From Squalus acanthias (taxonomy: Eukaryota), in the NCBI GenBank assembly GCA_030390025.1, contig CM059432.1, positions 48,176,001 through 48,240,000 of the forward strand: a stretch of DNA of 64,000 bases, read 5' to 3'. The translations under genes and the position numbers were made by a program. The notes under the pieces were generated by a model. That model searched no databases and was not told the DNA's origin. It saw only the letters and a program-made list of their open reading frames with translations. How positions within the stretch are numbered: the stretch's first letter is position 1; the number at the start of each line of letters is the position of its first letter. Shown here piece after piece: positions 13,290-26,149 of the stretch.

Positions 13290-14161
13290 TAGGTTCGGAG
13301 TGTTCAGTAACTTGGACTGTGTGCGCTCATCTAACAATCCACACACAAACTTATCTCACAACGCAAGATCCAAAAATGTGCCGAAGTTACATTGCAAAGA
13401 CAGGTTCTTAAGAGCTACGATGTACTCACTGACGGTTTCACTTTGTTTTTGGTTTCTGGTACCAAACTTATAGCTCTCTGCTATTTCTAACAGCTTTGGG
13501 TCGAAATGGTCCTCAAGTTTCTCAACAATGTCTTCAAACGACACATCCTTCGCTTTCCCTGGGGCGAGTAGATTTGTCAACGTTCCGTAGACATCTGGCC
13601 CGATCTCCGTAAGAAAAATTGCTTTCTTCCGTTCACAAATTACTTTATTTTGAGTTTGAACATTCTCATCCGCACCTTCGGTCTCAATAATGTTATTGGC
13701 CCTAAAAAACATCTCCATCCGCTCAATGTAAGAACTGAATGGTTCGCGAGTTTGGTCATACATGCCGAGGCTTCCGATGAATCCCGTAGGCGCGACCATG
13801 ATTGTCCCGATCCTGTCGAACAGTGTGCTACCTGTGTACCTGTGAGAATCAACACCACTGTTACTGTGTATACATACACATGAAGGCGAAGCACAAACAA
13901 TTCGGCATGAGCATTAACAGTAAAACATTGCAAAAATTCGGTTTAGATGTCACAAATTCACCTTAATCTTTTCCACTCAAAGATTGAACACTGTGTCCTT
14001 CCATGATCCCTAAAAATGGCTTTGGGATCCCATGCTCATTGCCAAAAATGTAATATACGTGGGTAGAACAAATGAAGGACAGAGACACGATGAGTTGCTA
14101 GTCAATATGCTTGCTTTACTCATACTAAACCATGTGATAAACCACGTGATAATACATTACA
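13290..14161 (-). mobile_element. Gypsy (Mag-like) 5' end: short LTR (14049-14161), tRNA-Ser-type PBS (14027-14044) and gag (13356-13799)
   Basis: LTR bounded by TGTAAT...ATTACA; PBS TGGCAATGAGCATGGGAT resembles the complement of the tRNA-Ser(GCT) 3' end; gag YIERMEMFFRAN...EYIVALKNLSLQCNFG continues past a stop as DKFVCGL. Confidence 0.8.
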
Positions 14162-14194
14162 AATAAGATCATGGCTGATATTCTACATCAATTT

Positions 14195-15400
14195 CACTTT
14201 TGGAGGATTCTCTATTGGTATTAGATGCTGACAGACTGTTGCCCCTGGCTGGAGAGTCTAGAACTAGGGGTCATAGTCTCAGGATAAGGGGTCAGCCATT
14301 TAGGACTGAGATGAGGTGAAATTTCCTCACTCAAAGGGTTATGAATCTTTGGAATTTACCCTAGAGGGCTATGGATGCTCAGTCGTTGAGTATATTCATG
14401 ATTGAGATCGATAGATTTTTGATACACTAAGGGAATCAAGGGATATGGGGATAAGGCGGGTAAGTGGAGTTGAGGTAGAAGATCAGCCATGATCTTAAGA
14501 ACATAAGAAATAGGAGCTGGAGTAGGCCTTTTGGCCCTTCAAGCCTGCTCTGCCATTCAACAAGATCATGGCTGATCTTCTACCTCAATTCCACCTTCCC
14601 GCACTATCCCCACATCCCTTAATTCCCTTCGTTCCCAAAAATTTAATCGACCTCTGTCTTGAATATACTCAACGACTGAGCATCCACAGCTCTCTGGGGT
14701 AGAGAATTCCAAAGATTCACAACCCCCTAAATGGCCTACCCCTTATTCTGTGACTGTGACCCCGTGTTCTAGATTCCCCAGCCAGGGGAAACATTTTCCC
14801 AGCATTTACCCTGATAAGCCCCTTAAAAATATATGTTTCAATTAGATCACCTCTCATTCTTCTAAACTCTAAGGAATATAGGCCTAGTCTACTCAATCTC
14901 TCCTCATAGGGCAATCCCCTCATCCCAGGAAACAATCTGGTGAACCTTCACTGCACTCCCTCGAAGGCAAGTATGTCTTTTGTTAGGTAAGGAGACCAGA
15001 ACTGTACACAGTACTCCAGGTATGGTCTCACCAATGCCCTGTATAATTGTAGTAAGACTTCTTTACTCTTATACTCTAACCCCTTCGTAACAAAAGCTAA
15101 CATACCATTTGCTTTCCTAATTGCTTGCTGTATCTGCATGTTAACTTTCTGTGATTCATGTACAAGGACACTCAGGTCCCTCTGAGTGCAAACATTTCCC
15201 AGTCTCTCACCATTTAAAAAATATTCTGCTTTTTTGTTTTTCCTACCAAAGTGGATAACTTCAAACTTCCCCACATTATATTCCATTTGCCACATTCTTG
15301 CCCATTCAGTCAACCTGTCTATATCTCTCTGCAGCCTCTTTGCATCTCTTCACAGCTTACTTTCCCACCTAACTTTGTATCATCAGCAAACTTGGATACG
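14195..15400. mobile_element. Two CR1 3' fragments tail-to-tail (+ about 14195-14496; - about 14497-15400)
   Basis: CR1 ORF2 peptides in ORFs 14717-14935 and 14948-15313; opposing 3' UTRs meet at the ATAAGAA tail. Confidence 0.9.
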
Positions 15401-15404
15401 TTAC

Positions 15405-15850
15405 AGGCAGGCCAAAATTGCAGGGCCCAGAGGTCGCCCGTTGGCACCAAGATTGGTTGCAGGAGAGGGGGATGATTGGGGTCATTTCGGGGGTGGAAAG
15501 GGGGGAGCCTGGGGCAGCAAAGACTCTAGACTTGCCTTGCGCACGCCTGCTCCTCCTGGCCTCATTAAGGTCATTCTTGACAGTCAAGGGTCTCCTCTTC
15601 CTCCCCACCAGGTTTTACTAAGCTGGGTACCTGTTAAAATGTCATCAGGGTCCTACTGGCATCATAGGATTGCATGTATTAATGAGGCACCCACCTGAGT
15701 CAGGTGGCTGCCTCAGCCACCTAAATAAGAGCCCAGTTAAGATGGGGCAGGTGAGAATCGAGCGAGGATGGGGCGGTAAGTCATTGCACAGCTATTTTAA
15801 CTGCGCACCCACCCCGTTCCCACCAGGCCAGTTGGGTTAAAATTCCCTCC
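15405..15850. mobile_element. Harbinger-type MITE fragment
   Basis: GGCCAAAATTGCAG...GGGTTAAAATT ends; a similar element lies at about 32340-32893. Confidence 0.4.
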
Positions 15851-16854
15851 TCCCCCCCCCCCACCCCATTGCCAGGAGTACTTGTGCTGAAGGCTAGTTT
15901 CTTAGCAACCGAGCAGAATTAGCTGTAAACTGCAATTCACCTCCCCAAACCCAAGAGGAAGGATATCTTCCCATGGTCAACCTTTGTGCATGGCTGTGAA
16001 ATCACCTACCCAGTCAAAGGACAACTACTACCTTTCTGTACTTGTTTGAAGTAGCTATCTTGATGTGTCTGTTAGGTTGAATGTAGCCTTGTTTCTGGAT
16101 AATAAGTTTAAAAGGAGCAGTAGCTACACATACTCACTCCATGCTAGTACCTGCTTTTGTTACTTGTTATTTTGAAGGGACAACTTTGGTTAAGATGTTG
16201 TAAAGTGTTAATAAGTAGGTCTCCCCTCTTGCTAGCTTTATTTGATTTGGATGGTTCAATTTGGTAAATATTTGGGACTGTTTAGGTAATTATATTGTAA
16301 CAATTGAAAAACCCCTTGGAAAGAAGGCAATGCAGAGGAAAAGCTGTTCAGTCACAAAAATGGATAGAAAGTAGTCTGATAAAAAATAGAGGTATGGGAT
16401 TGATAATGACAAATGTAGTTTATACCCAGGCAATTTATCTTTCCTAGGCATTGTGCTGGACTGTTACACACTGTCACACCCATACATAGCTTCATCTCTG
16501 TTTCCTCTGGGTAGCAGCGGTGCTATTTGCTGCACAACTTTTCCATTCAAAAAGGCATAAGCATGGAGCAGGTGAAGGAGGAATCAACCAAACCGCCTTC
16601 CCCAAGGAGAATCAGCAGCACACTGTAAATTTCTACCCCCATAGGAAAATTTCCTCAAATCCAGAAGTCATAGTTGGTAGTTGGAAGTTGGAACCCACAT
16701 GGTTTTACAGGCACCAGCACACAACTCCTATGCACTTAAGAGACTGTAAGGGATAAATCTCCCTCAACATGCAACTTGTATGTGACAATTAGCACAAAAT
16801 TATACATGTAAATGCTACATGCATAATTTTCTGCTAATGGTCACAAACAAGCTT

Positions 16855-17572
16855 CATCCTCAGGCAATCAAGGCTGCCCCGGAGCATGGTACATCGGCGA
16901 GACCATGCAGACACTGCGATAACTTATGAACGGACACCGCACAACAATCGCCAGGCAGGAGTGTTCCCTCCCAGTCGGGGAACACTTCAGCAGTCAAGGA
17001 CATTCAGCCTCCGATCTTCGGGTAAGCGTTCTCCAAGGCGGCCTTCGAGACACACAACAACGCAAAATCGTCGAGCAGAAACTGATAGCCAAGTTCCGCA
17101 CCCATGAAGACGGCCTCAACCGGGATCTTGGGTTCATGTCACGCTACATGTAACCCCACCTGACGTAGAGTCCTCCAGACTTGAGTCGTCGTTGGCTTGT
17201 TCTCTCTACACAGATGCGGCCGGACCTGCTGTGATTTCCAGCAAAAAAAGTTTTTTGTTTTCCATACAGACCCCAGCATCTGCCACATTTGACCCCTTGT
17301 GACCCCACCTCATTGTCTTTGATGTAATGTTTTCCTGACTGACCTGTTTGGACACCATCCACACCTTTGATTGCCGTGATTATCTCTCTGCCGAGGTGTG
17401 ATAAAGGGCAGTTAGAAAGATTAACTGTAATCATCTGGCAGTGTTCTCTGACTATATATGCTGTGCCCATATGCATCTCTTCACTTCACCTGACGAAGGA
17501 GCAGCGCTCCGAAAGCTCGTGATTTCAAATAAAACTGTTGGACTATAACCTGGTGTTGTGCGACTTCTTACA
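16855..17572 (+). mobile_element. Penelope-like element 3' fragment (GIY-YIG end plus 3' UTR)
   Basis: WYIGETMQTLR..MNGH...EQKLIAKFRTHEDGLNRDLGFMSRYM; same family as 62445-64000. Confidence 0.9.
17486..17522 (+). ncRNA. Minimal type I hammerhead ribozyme in the Penelope 3' UTR
   Basis: UCAC-CUGACGA-(A)GGAGC agc GCUCC-GAAA-GC-UC-GUGA: intact core, 5-bp stem II, stem I UCAC/GUGA. Confidence 0.75.
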
Positions 17573-18165
17573 TTATTTGAATCACAAAGATTGTAGGGTT
17601 GGCCTCTAGGATACCAAGGATACCCTTTGCAGCCTTGTCTAATGATGCTTGTGAGTCATCTATGGTTTCCAGTTGAAAATTGAAACAACCAGGTCATTAC
17701 CATAAGAATCCTAAAACACTGCTTTAAATCCCTCTCTACTAGGCGCTTCACAGCCTTCGGCCTTAACACTGAGCTTAACATCTTTAGATCTTGACTCTGC
17801 TCCCATTTTCTCTCATACAGCAGGTGCTGGTAATGGAGGATGGCTGCACCAGATCCACTGGGAGTGGAGGAGGTGCGGGCTGGTGCTTAAGTTGGGGATC
17901 ACCTATTGGTGCATGGCTGGCGGGGTGGTGCGCACCCCTGGGGTCTACCTGCCTTTCTTTGCCACATTCCCAGGCCAGGGCAACCCTCTCCGCTTTGCCA
18001 GATATTCCATGCTTCCCTCCCACTCTGCTATTCTACTTGCCTATCTGTGCTGTATCCTGTTTCCCAAAGCCCAACAACCTCCATTTGTGCCTGTGTTCTG
18101 TTCTTAAAAGCCTCTCAATCTGTGTCAAAAAGTCTGTTTGCCTCACAGACTGACAAGAGATCAAA

Positions 18166-18392
18166 TTAGAATCATAGAAATTTACGTCAGAAGGAGGCCA
18201 TTCGGCCCATCGTGTCTGTGCCGGCCGAGAAAGACCTATCCAGCCTAATCCCACTTTCCAGCTCTTGGTCTGTAGCCTTGTAGATTGCAGCACTTCAATT
18301 GCATATCCAAGTACTTTTTAAATGCGATGAGGGTTTCTACCACCCTTTCAGTCAGTGAGTTCCAGGCCCCCACCACTCTCTGGGTGAAAAAA
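18166..18392 (-). mobile_element. CR1 3' end fragment
   Basis: TAGAATCATAGAA tail and GGCCATTCGGCCCATCG 3' UTR hairpin. Confidence 0.75.
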
Positions 18393-18599
18393 AATTGTTT
18401 TCCAACACAATGATGAAGCTGTCTTCCAAATACCCAGACAATTTAATCTCTAGAAAAAAAAATAACTTTCAATTAGATATTAACCACCTTTTATCTAGGT
18501 GCCTCTTCTTTAAATTTATGAAAGTATACGTTGCTTTCAAAAATTTTGCATTGAAAGTAATTATTTTTTCAATTCCTTTCTGTGGATAAATGGTCAAAA

Positions 18600-20480
18600 A
18601 AATCCAGAAACATGTCCTTATTTACCTGGGTGATGGCACAGGCCTCGCTATATATGCACTCTGCTGTTGTATGGGGGCTTCTAATTGAGATGATTAAATC
18701 CATTATCAGCAATGGATGGAAAGGATCATCCTGGTCTTCCAACAGCAATCTGTTCATTTTCTTGGGACCTTCAAGTAATGCAGACACTGTGGACTGCTAC
18801 ATAATGAAAGCATCATGAATGCTTTCTGGATAACATACAGTAATGTGCAGTATCAAGTTTCTGTGATGAGCTACCACCTGCACATTTATGCAGTGGTATC
18901 CCTTCCTGTTTATATGAACATACATAAGGACATAAGAAACAGGAGCAGGAGTAGGCCATTCGGCCCCTCGAGCCTGCACTACCATTCAATAAGATCATGG
19001 CTGATCTTCTACCTCAACTCCACTTTCCTGCACTATCCGCATATCCCTTAATTCCTTTAATATCCAAAAATCTATCGATCTCTGTCTTGAATATACTCAA
19101 CGACTGAGCCTCCACAGCCCTCTGGGATAGAGAATTCCAAAGATTCACCGCCCTCTGAGTGAAGAAATTTCTCCTCATCTCAGTCCTAAATGGCCGACCC
19201 TTATTCTGAGACTGTGACCCCTGGTTCTAGATTCCCCAGTCAGTGAAAACATCCTCCCTGCATCTACCCTGTCAAGCCCTGTAAGAATGTTATATGTTTC
19301 AATGAGATCACCTCTCATTCTTCTAAACTCCAGAGAATATAGGCCTAGTCTACTCAATCTCTCGTCATAGGACAATCCTCCCATCCCAGGAATCAGTCTG
19401 GTGAACATTTGTTGCACTCCCTCTATGGCAAGTACATCCTTCGTTAGGTAAGGAGACCAAAACTGTACACAATACACCAGGTGTGGTCTCATCAGGGCCC
19501 TATATAATTGCAGTAAGATGTCTTTACTCTTATACTCAAATCCTCTTGTAATAAAGGCCAACATACCATTTGCTTTCCTAATAGCTTGCTGTACCTGCAT
19601 GTTAACTTTCAGTGATTCATGTACAAGGACACCCAGGTCCCTCTGAACACCAACATTTCCCAATCTCTCACCATTTAAAAAATACTCTGCTTTTCTATTT
19701 TTCCTACCAAAGTGGATAACTTCACATTTCTCCACATTATATTCCATTTGCCATGTTCTTGCCCACTCACTTAGCCTGTTTATATCCCCTTGAAGCCTCT
19801 TTGCATCCTCCTCACAACTTACATTCCCACCCAGCTTTGTATCATCAGCAAACTTGGATATATTACATTTGGTCCCCTGATCCAAATCATTGATGTAGAT
19901 TGTGACTAGGTGAGGCTCAAGCACTGATCCTTGTGGTATGTGCATTAAGTTTGGTGTGCTAAACCCTCATAGCCACATGGGTTCCATCTATAATGTCCTG
20001 GACTCTTGGGAAGCCTGCCAGTTGGTAAAGCTCTGTTCCCTTTCCAGTTAGTATCTCCTTTCTCTTGGCAAACACGGCATCATCATTTACTTTATACTGG
20101 TATGAAATGCAGACTAGCTTATCTCGCAGTGGCTTGGAAGGATGCTGTAGCATGGAAGCTTAATGCCATTGTGATCTACACAGCCATGGGAAAAGCCATC
20201 CCAGTCCTTGAAGTTGTATATAAGTCAGCCTGTAGCAAATGGCATAGCTCAGTCATGGTCTCTGCAGAGAACACAGAATACCTCGGACATACCCAGATTG
20301 AATTAGCACAGTCTATAAATCAGGGTCTTTGGGTATTGATGGCAGTGCATGTATTAAATGAGGTGTGTTGCACCTGAAGAATTTGCCCTCTCGTAATATC
20401 ATCCTTCTCATCTAATTCATGTAGAACAATGGGAACCCAAAGGATTGTCATCCCCACAACTTTGTTACCTACAACTTCCA
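18600..20480 (-). pseudogene. Degenerate HARBI1-like transposase split by a CR1 insertion
   Basis: GFPRVQDIIDGTHVAMR (near 19960-20020) resumes after the CR1 as HINRKGYHCINVQVV...HDAFIM; multiple stops. Confidence 0.75.
18916..19945 (-). mobile_element. 5'-truncated CR1 LINE
   Basis: 256-aa ORF with PQGSVL, IYINDL and KFADDTKL; ATAAGAA-type tail. Confidence 0.95.
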
Positions 20481-20673
20481 GCAATTGAAAAAGCTGCAGA
20501 AAAGTCTTACTTTGCAAAGTAAAGGCTTTTTCAGAAATGTAAAACAACCTATACAAGCTGCTAAAATGTAGTGCAGAAATGCTCACTGACAAAAAAGCAA
20601 TAGCTCACCACGAGCTCCAATAATAGCAGTTTTACTTTGAAGGATTATACTAAAACAAACCAGGCCCTAGAGG

Positions 20674-21104
20674 CATAGAATCATAGAATGATACTGCACA
20701 GAAGGAGGCCATTCGTCCCATCGTGCCTGTGCCTGCTCTTTGAAAGAGCTCTCCAATTAGTCCCACTCCCCTGCTCTTTCCCCATAGCCCTGCAAATTTT
20801 TCCCCTTCAAGTATTTATCTAATTCCCTTTCAAAAGTTATTATTGAATCTGCTTCCAACACCCTTTCAGGCAGTGCAATCCAGATCATAAAAACTCGCTG
20901 CGTAAAAATATTTTTCCTCATGTCACCTCTGATTCTTTTTGGCAATTATCTTAAATTTGTGACCTTTGGTTACTAAACCTTCTGCCACTGGAAACAGTTT
21001 CTCTTTATTTACTCTATCAAAACCATTCATGAATTTGAACACCTCTATCAAATCACCTCTTAACCTTCTCTGCTCTAAGGAGAACAACCCCAATTTCTCT
21101 AGTC
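20674..21104 (-). mobile_element. CR1 3' fragment
   Basis: FTQRVFMIWIALPERV...LQGYGERAGEWD; CATAGAAT tail. Confidence 0.85.
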
Positions 21105-21497
21105 AAGTGCTCATTTTATATGGGTGAGGTATGCGCTGGGCGTGGTATTATCTGAAACCTATGAAATTAACTAATTCTATTGCTTAAATGAGGCTTCCTC
21201 TTGGCTGAAGCAGTGATATTTTGGGTCGGCAAAATCACACCCCTTGAAATTGGCGTTCTGCGAATTGGGGGTGTGAGGAGGTATCACCATCAGTGACGAG
21301 CTGCATCAGTGGCACAGCCTTGTAACTTTGGTCCTATTAATCGTACCAAGTCCTGGACTCCCTCAACTGATCATTCATCTCATTGCTGGTTGTGGGTCTT
21401 TCCATGTGTAAAATGACTGCTGTTTCCCGATATATTGACAGTCACACCATTTTAAAGTAGTTCATTCTTTGAGATATTTCTGACAGACATGGTAAGT

Positions 21498-22473
21498 TAA
21501 GCGATCGAACGAACGAACGAAGTGAACGCACGCATGCACGCACTTAGACAAATGGTACGCACGCACGCACGCATACATATTGGAACTTACGCTCGATCGA
21601 ACGAACGATAATGGACGTTTGAACGAACGAGCGAACGCAAGCATGCACATTGGAACTTACGCTCGATCGAACGAACGATAATGGACGTTCGAACGAACGA
21701 GCGAACGCAAGCATGCACATTGGAACTTACGCTCGATCGAACGAACGATAATGGACGTTCGAACGAACGAGCGAACGCAAGCATGCACATTGGAACTTAC
21801 GCTCGATCGAACGAACGATAATGGACGTTCGAACGAACGAGCGAACGCAAGCATGCACATTGGAACTTACGCTCGATCGAACGAACGATAATGGACGTTC
21901 GAACGAACGAGCGAACGCAAGCATGCACATTGGAACTTACGCTCGATCGAACGAACGGTCGTTGGCCTCCGATCGAACGAACGGACGAGCGAACGCACGC
22001 ATGCACGCACTTAGACAAACGGTACGCATGCACGCATGCACATTGGAACTTACGCTCGAACGAACGAATGCTCGAATGAACAAACGAACGATTGAATGAA
22101 TGATCGTATGAACGATTGAATGAACAAACGATGCCAGTAGGACTGGCGTAAAACGGGTAGTAGTATATTTGTAGCATTTAATTGAATTATGATGGTGCTA
22201 TGTGATTTGTACATTGTGGTGTTAAACTGTTTTCTTTTATGTGGAGTTTACCTTGAGATTGTTGTTTTAAATCTACAAGGTTTGTGTGAGATTGTTTAAG
22301 GGTATTTGTACTGTAAACTTTGTTGATTTATTTGAACATTTCATCAGTGCATTTATATTGTTAATCATAAAGCTGTTTTTAAGGCTTTATTGTTTATTGT
22401 GATCAATGAATGTAATGGTTTACTATGTAACTGATGAGTTGTATAAGTACTATTGTACTTGAATAAAAAGATT
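21498..22473 (+). mobile_element. 976-bp non-coding retroposed insertion with 14-bp TSD, inserted into an old SINE tail
   Basis: Exact direct repeat CAGACATGGTAAGT at 21484-21497 and 22474-22487; AATAAA at 22462-22467 just before the right TSD; the SINE-like tail resumes after it. Confidence 0.8.
21581..21957. repeat. CpG-rich 70-bp tandem array (5 full units plus a partial one)
   Basis: Unit TGGAACTTACGCTCGATCGAACGAACGATAATGGACGTTCGAACGAACGAGCGAACGCAAGCATGCACAT starts at 21581, 21651, 21721, 21791, 21861 and 21931; one substitution in unit 1. Confidence 0.97.
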
Positions 22474-23859
22474 CAGACATGGTAAGTCTCTAAATAAATG
22501 TAAGTCCTTTTTTTTCTCTAAGCATATACAGAACATGTTTTTCATTTTGAGATGTGTACTCAGTGCTGAGTGCAGCAAAGGGCCTGGAGGAACTAGTTAA
22601 CGAAGCATTAAAAGCTCATTAGCTTAATATGCTGCAGCTTCAAGTATAATTCTGTTCCACATGAAGTTCCTTTTGGGATTTAAATGCTGTCTGTTTGCAT
22701 AATTGATTCCCAGTCTATGCTAAGCTGGCTATCTCAAAGAGGGAAACAGTTAAGGGAGCTGCAATGAAACTCAGCAATCCAGGGCTAGGGAAGGGATATT
22801 CAAGCAAGGTTTCAGCCCCTAATCACTATTCAGCAATCCCTACTGGAAAGTGTGTTTTTTGGTGTTAGGTGAAGACTCAATTGGGTTTGACTGTGTTGGA
22901 CCCCACGGTCACATAGTCTGCTAACAGAATGGCCATTTTGGTAAGGTAACAGAAAGTGACTGACACCCATGGAACTGCATCCCAGCAAGATGCAAGATGG
23001 GGAAGAACAAAAATAAATTAAAACAATACTTAAATAATTGGTTTATGCAAAGAAAATGCTTAAAAAGAAAAGATATTTTACAGAACAGAAAACGTATGTA
23101 ACCTTCATCTTTCTGGTATCACTCTGCAAAAGTACATGTTATTATAAATAGATTAATGATTCCACTGAAATAATGCACGTTTTTAAACCACTCTGTTTCA
23201 GGCAAGGTTTTATTTTGGCAGTAACATATTCTGTATCAGTTCTGGACATGGGTTTCAGGAAAGGAATGCCACAATTTTGATTTGTTTGTTTTCCGAGGAA
23301 AACAAAGATGCAAGGAGCTGCTTGATTCCCCTCACAATTTTAAAATTTGTAAATACAAAATTAAGTGAGTTTCTGACCATGTAAAGCTGACGTGTCAGCA
23401 AATAATTAATTTTGTCCATCCACCCAATCTGCTGGCCAAAAAATTAAATAAATAAATGGTTGTGCTGCAGGTGTGTACTGATGCATTTAATCTTCCTGAA
23501 TTGATGTACTGGTTGACTCACAACATTTAAATGTGGAAGTATAAAATTAAATGAGAACCTGACCACACCACGCCAATGTGTAAATCAATAATGAACTTAA
23601 TCCACCCACCCAGGTAGCCTGCTGAAAATTAAATTAATTCATGATTCGGTTGCAGTTACTTTTAATTCATTAAACTTTTTGGGCAATTTTACCATTTCCA
23701 ATTGTCTGATATTAGTATGAACGTTTGTTTCCTTCTTTACTTCATGAGTATCTGGAAATATTTTTGTTTTCTACAGATTATGGAATTGATAATTGACTTT
23801 ATGATTTACAGTATGAAGGGAGGTGTGAGTTTTAAACAGCGTATTACTGTAGCACGCAG

Positions 23860-24850
23860 ATTTCTGGTGTGAAGCAGGCTGATTGCTGGAATTCTCCAGT
23901 GTGGAAGTGTTTTGCAGAGATGTTAGTAACCAAGGCTTGGTTAAGGGTTTCAGCAGCAGCTGGGCTGAGATGGGGCGTTGACAGACAATATTACAGAGGT
24001 GGAAGTAGGCATTCTTTGTGATGGAGAGGATATGGGGTCAGAAGCTCAGCTCGGGTTGAATAGGATGCCGTGGTTGTAAACAGTCTGGTTCAGCCTGAGA
24101 TAGTGGCCAGGGAGGGGGTGTTGATGGTGAAGGAACAGAGTTGGTGGTTGAGGCTTCCCAGTCTTTAACTGGAGGCAATTGTGGCTCATCCAAGACTGGA
24201 TATCAGACAAGCAGTCTGACAACATAGAGGTAGTGAAGAAGTCAGGCAAGGTGGTAGAGGTAGAGCTGGGTGTTGTCAGCGTACATTTGGAAGCTGACCC
24301 AAAGTCTGTGGATATTACCAAGGGCAACGTGTAGCTGCGGAAGAAGAGGGAGCCAAGAATAGATCCTGGGGGACTCCAGAGGCAACAGTGTGGGGGGAAA
24401 GGAAGAGAAGCCATTGCTGGACATACTCTGGCTATGACCAGATAGGTAAGAGTAGAACCAAAAGAGGGCAGTCCTACTGAGCTGCACAATGGAGGATAAG
24501 CATTGGAGGAGGATGATGTGGTCGACTGTGTCAGTTTGAAGAGGGAAAATGCACCAGGGGCAGTCACAGAGGATGTCATTTGTGACTTTGATTAGTGGCA
24601 GTGGCAGGGACAGAAACCTGATTGAAGAGATTTAAGCATGAAGTTGCGGGAAAGATGGGCATGGAGTTAGAAGACAACTACACGTTCAAGGATTTTGGAG
24701 ATGTAAGGGAGATTGGAGATGGTGCAATAGTTTGCAAGGACAGAGAGTTTGAGGGTGATGAGAGTTTTGAAAGGGAGGGAACCATTTACAATGTCAGCTA
24801 GCATAGGGGTCAGGAAGGGAAGGTAAGTGGTCAACAGTTTAGTGGGAATG
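23860..24850 (-). mobile_element. L2 LINE RT fragment (degenerate)
   Basis: WFYSYLSGHSQ, GSILG, FQMYADNTQLYL, CLSDIQSWMSHNCLQL. Confidence 0.85.
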
Positions 24851-24924
24851 TATTTTGAACAATTTGAGCAATTTCTCTTTTCCTTTCTAAGAGAATTGTG
24901 CTTGAATTAATCATGACCAAGAAA

Positions 24925-25368
24925 TAAAGACTTGCATTTCATGGCCTTGGGATGTCCCAAACCACTTTACAGCCAATGATGTACTTTTGAAGTGTAGTGA
25001 CAGTTGTAATGTAGGAAACGCAGCAGCCAATTTGCACACAGCAAGCTCCCACAAACAGCAATTAAATAAATAACCAGACCATCTGTTTTAGGTGTTGGTT
25101 GAGGGATAAATGTTGGCAGGACCCTGGGAGAACTCCCCTGCTCTTCACTGAATAGAGCTGTGGGATCTTTTATGTCCACCTGAGAGGGCACATGGGGCCT
25201 TGTTTTATGTCTCATCCAAAAGATAGCACCTCTAACAGTGCAGGACTCACTCAGTACTACACAGAAGTGCAAGCCTAGATTATGGGCTGAAGTCTGTGGA
25301 ATGGGGCTTGAACCCACAACCTTCTGACTCTGAGGTAAGAGTGCTACCACTAAGCCAAGGCTGACACC
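24925..25368 (-). mobile_element. DeuSINE (SacSINE1-like)
   Basis: Reverse-complement homolog of 1813-2258 with A/B boxes and the Deu block. Confidence 0.8.
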
Positions 25369-26149
25369 TTGAAACCTAACAAATGTGCTAATTGCTCTTC
25401 TATAAATATGTAATTTCATCCAATCAGGCCAAAGTGTGACAAATGTTTTGCTTAAGTTTACTTGTGATTACTGATCTTCATATGTTACTACTGAATCTCC
25501 TCTGGCATTGCTCATAGTTAGTTGTAGGAAATGGTGGCCTGGATTCCACTCCTCCCAATGAAGAGGGTCAGGGGATGACTTCCGCCCACTACCCCACCCC
25601 CTGGGTCAAGGGTCATTTTCTGTGCAGGGCAAGCTCCCAACAGGACATCCACCACAAAGAGGAAGCCTAAAACTGTGAGGCAAGGAAATGAAGTCAGCCT
25701 TACACTGCCGCCAGAGTCTACCGCCACCCCACTCCTGGTGATCGCTGCAGTCATCAGTATCAGCGGCAATAGCCAGGGAAATCGGGCAGGTTGCTGGGCC
25801 CCCACCTCTCCAACAGTAAAAGGGTGGTCGGCAGCCTTCCCTGTTGGGGTGGGAGGATGAAAGTGTAGGTTGGGGTGCAGATCCGGCAATTGGCCTGTCT
25901 GCTTGATTTTCCTCCACTATACAATATAGGAGAGGTATGTCCTTTAGCTGGGTTTGTTGTAACTGGCTGAGAACGGTTACAGTGCCACCTCTGCAGCAAG
26001 TATGAATAACAGCCATCACCTTTACAGCATTGGCCATTAATCAAAATAACACAAAATTCAAGTTAAAATCCTAAATTAGGAAGGAAATTAGAGAAGGCAA
26101 AGAAATTAAAGGAGACAGAAACTGGAGGCAGAATAGAAGTGAAGTTTTT

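Noticed and set aside
21686..21696. Pol III B-box in the 70-bp unit (GTTCGAACG)
   Set aside because: Misses the terminal C of the consensus and has no convincing A-box or terminator.
21581..21957. CRISPR-like array, or the repeated 67-aa ORFs
   Set aside because: Units are identical with no unique spacers, there are no cas genes, and the context is eukaryotic; the ORFs are by-products of the repeat.
23777..23822. Possible 46-nt plus-strand exon after a good acceptor
   Set aside because: No recognisable peptide, weak donor and no partner exons.
25518..26044. Overlapping ORFs of 94-143 aa
   Set aside because: No recognisable domain; probably decayed Harbinger sequence, which I cannot confirm.
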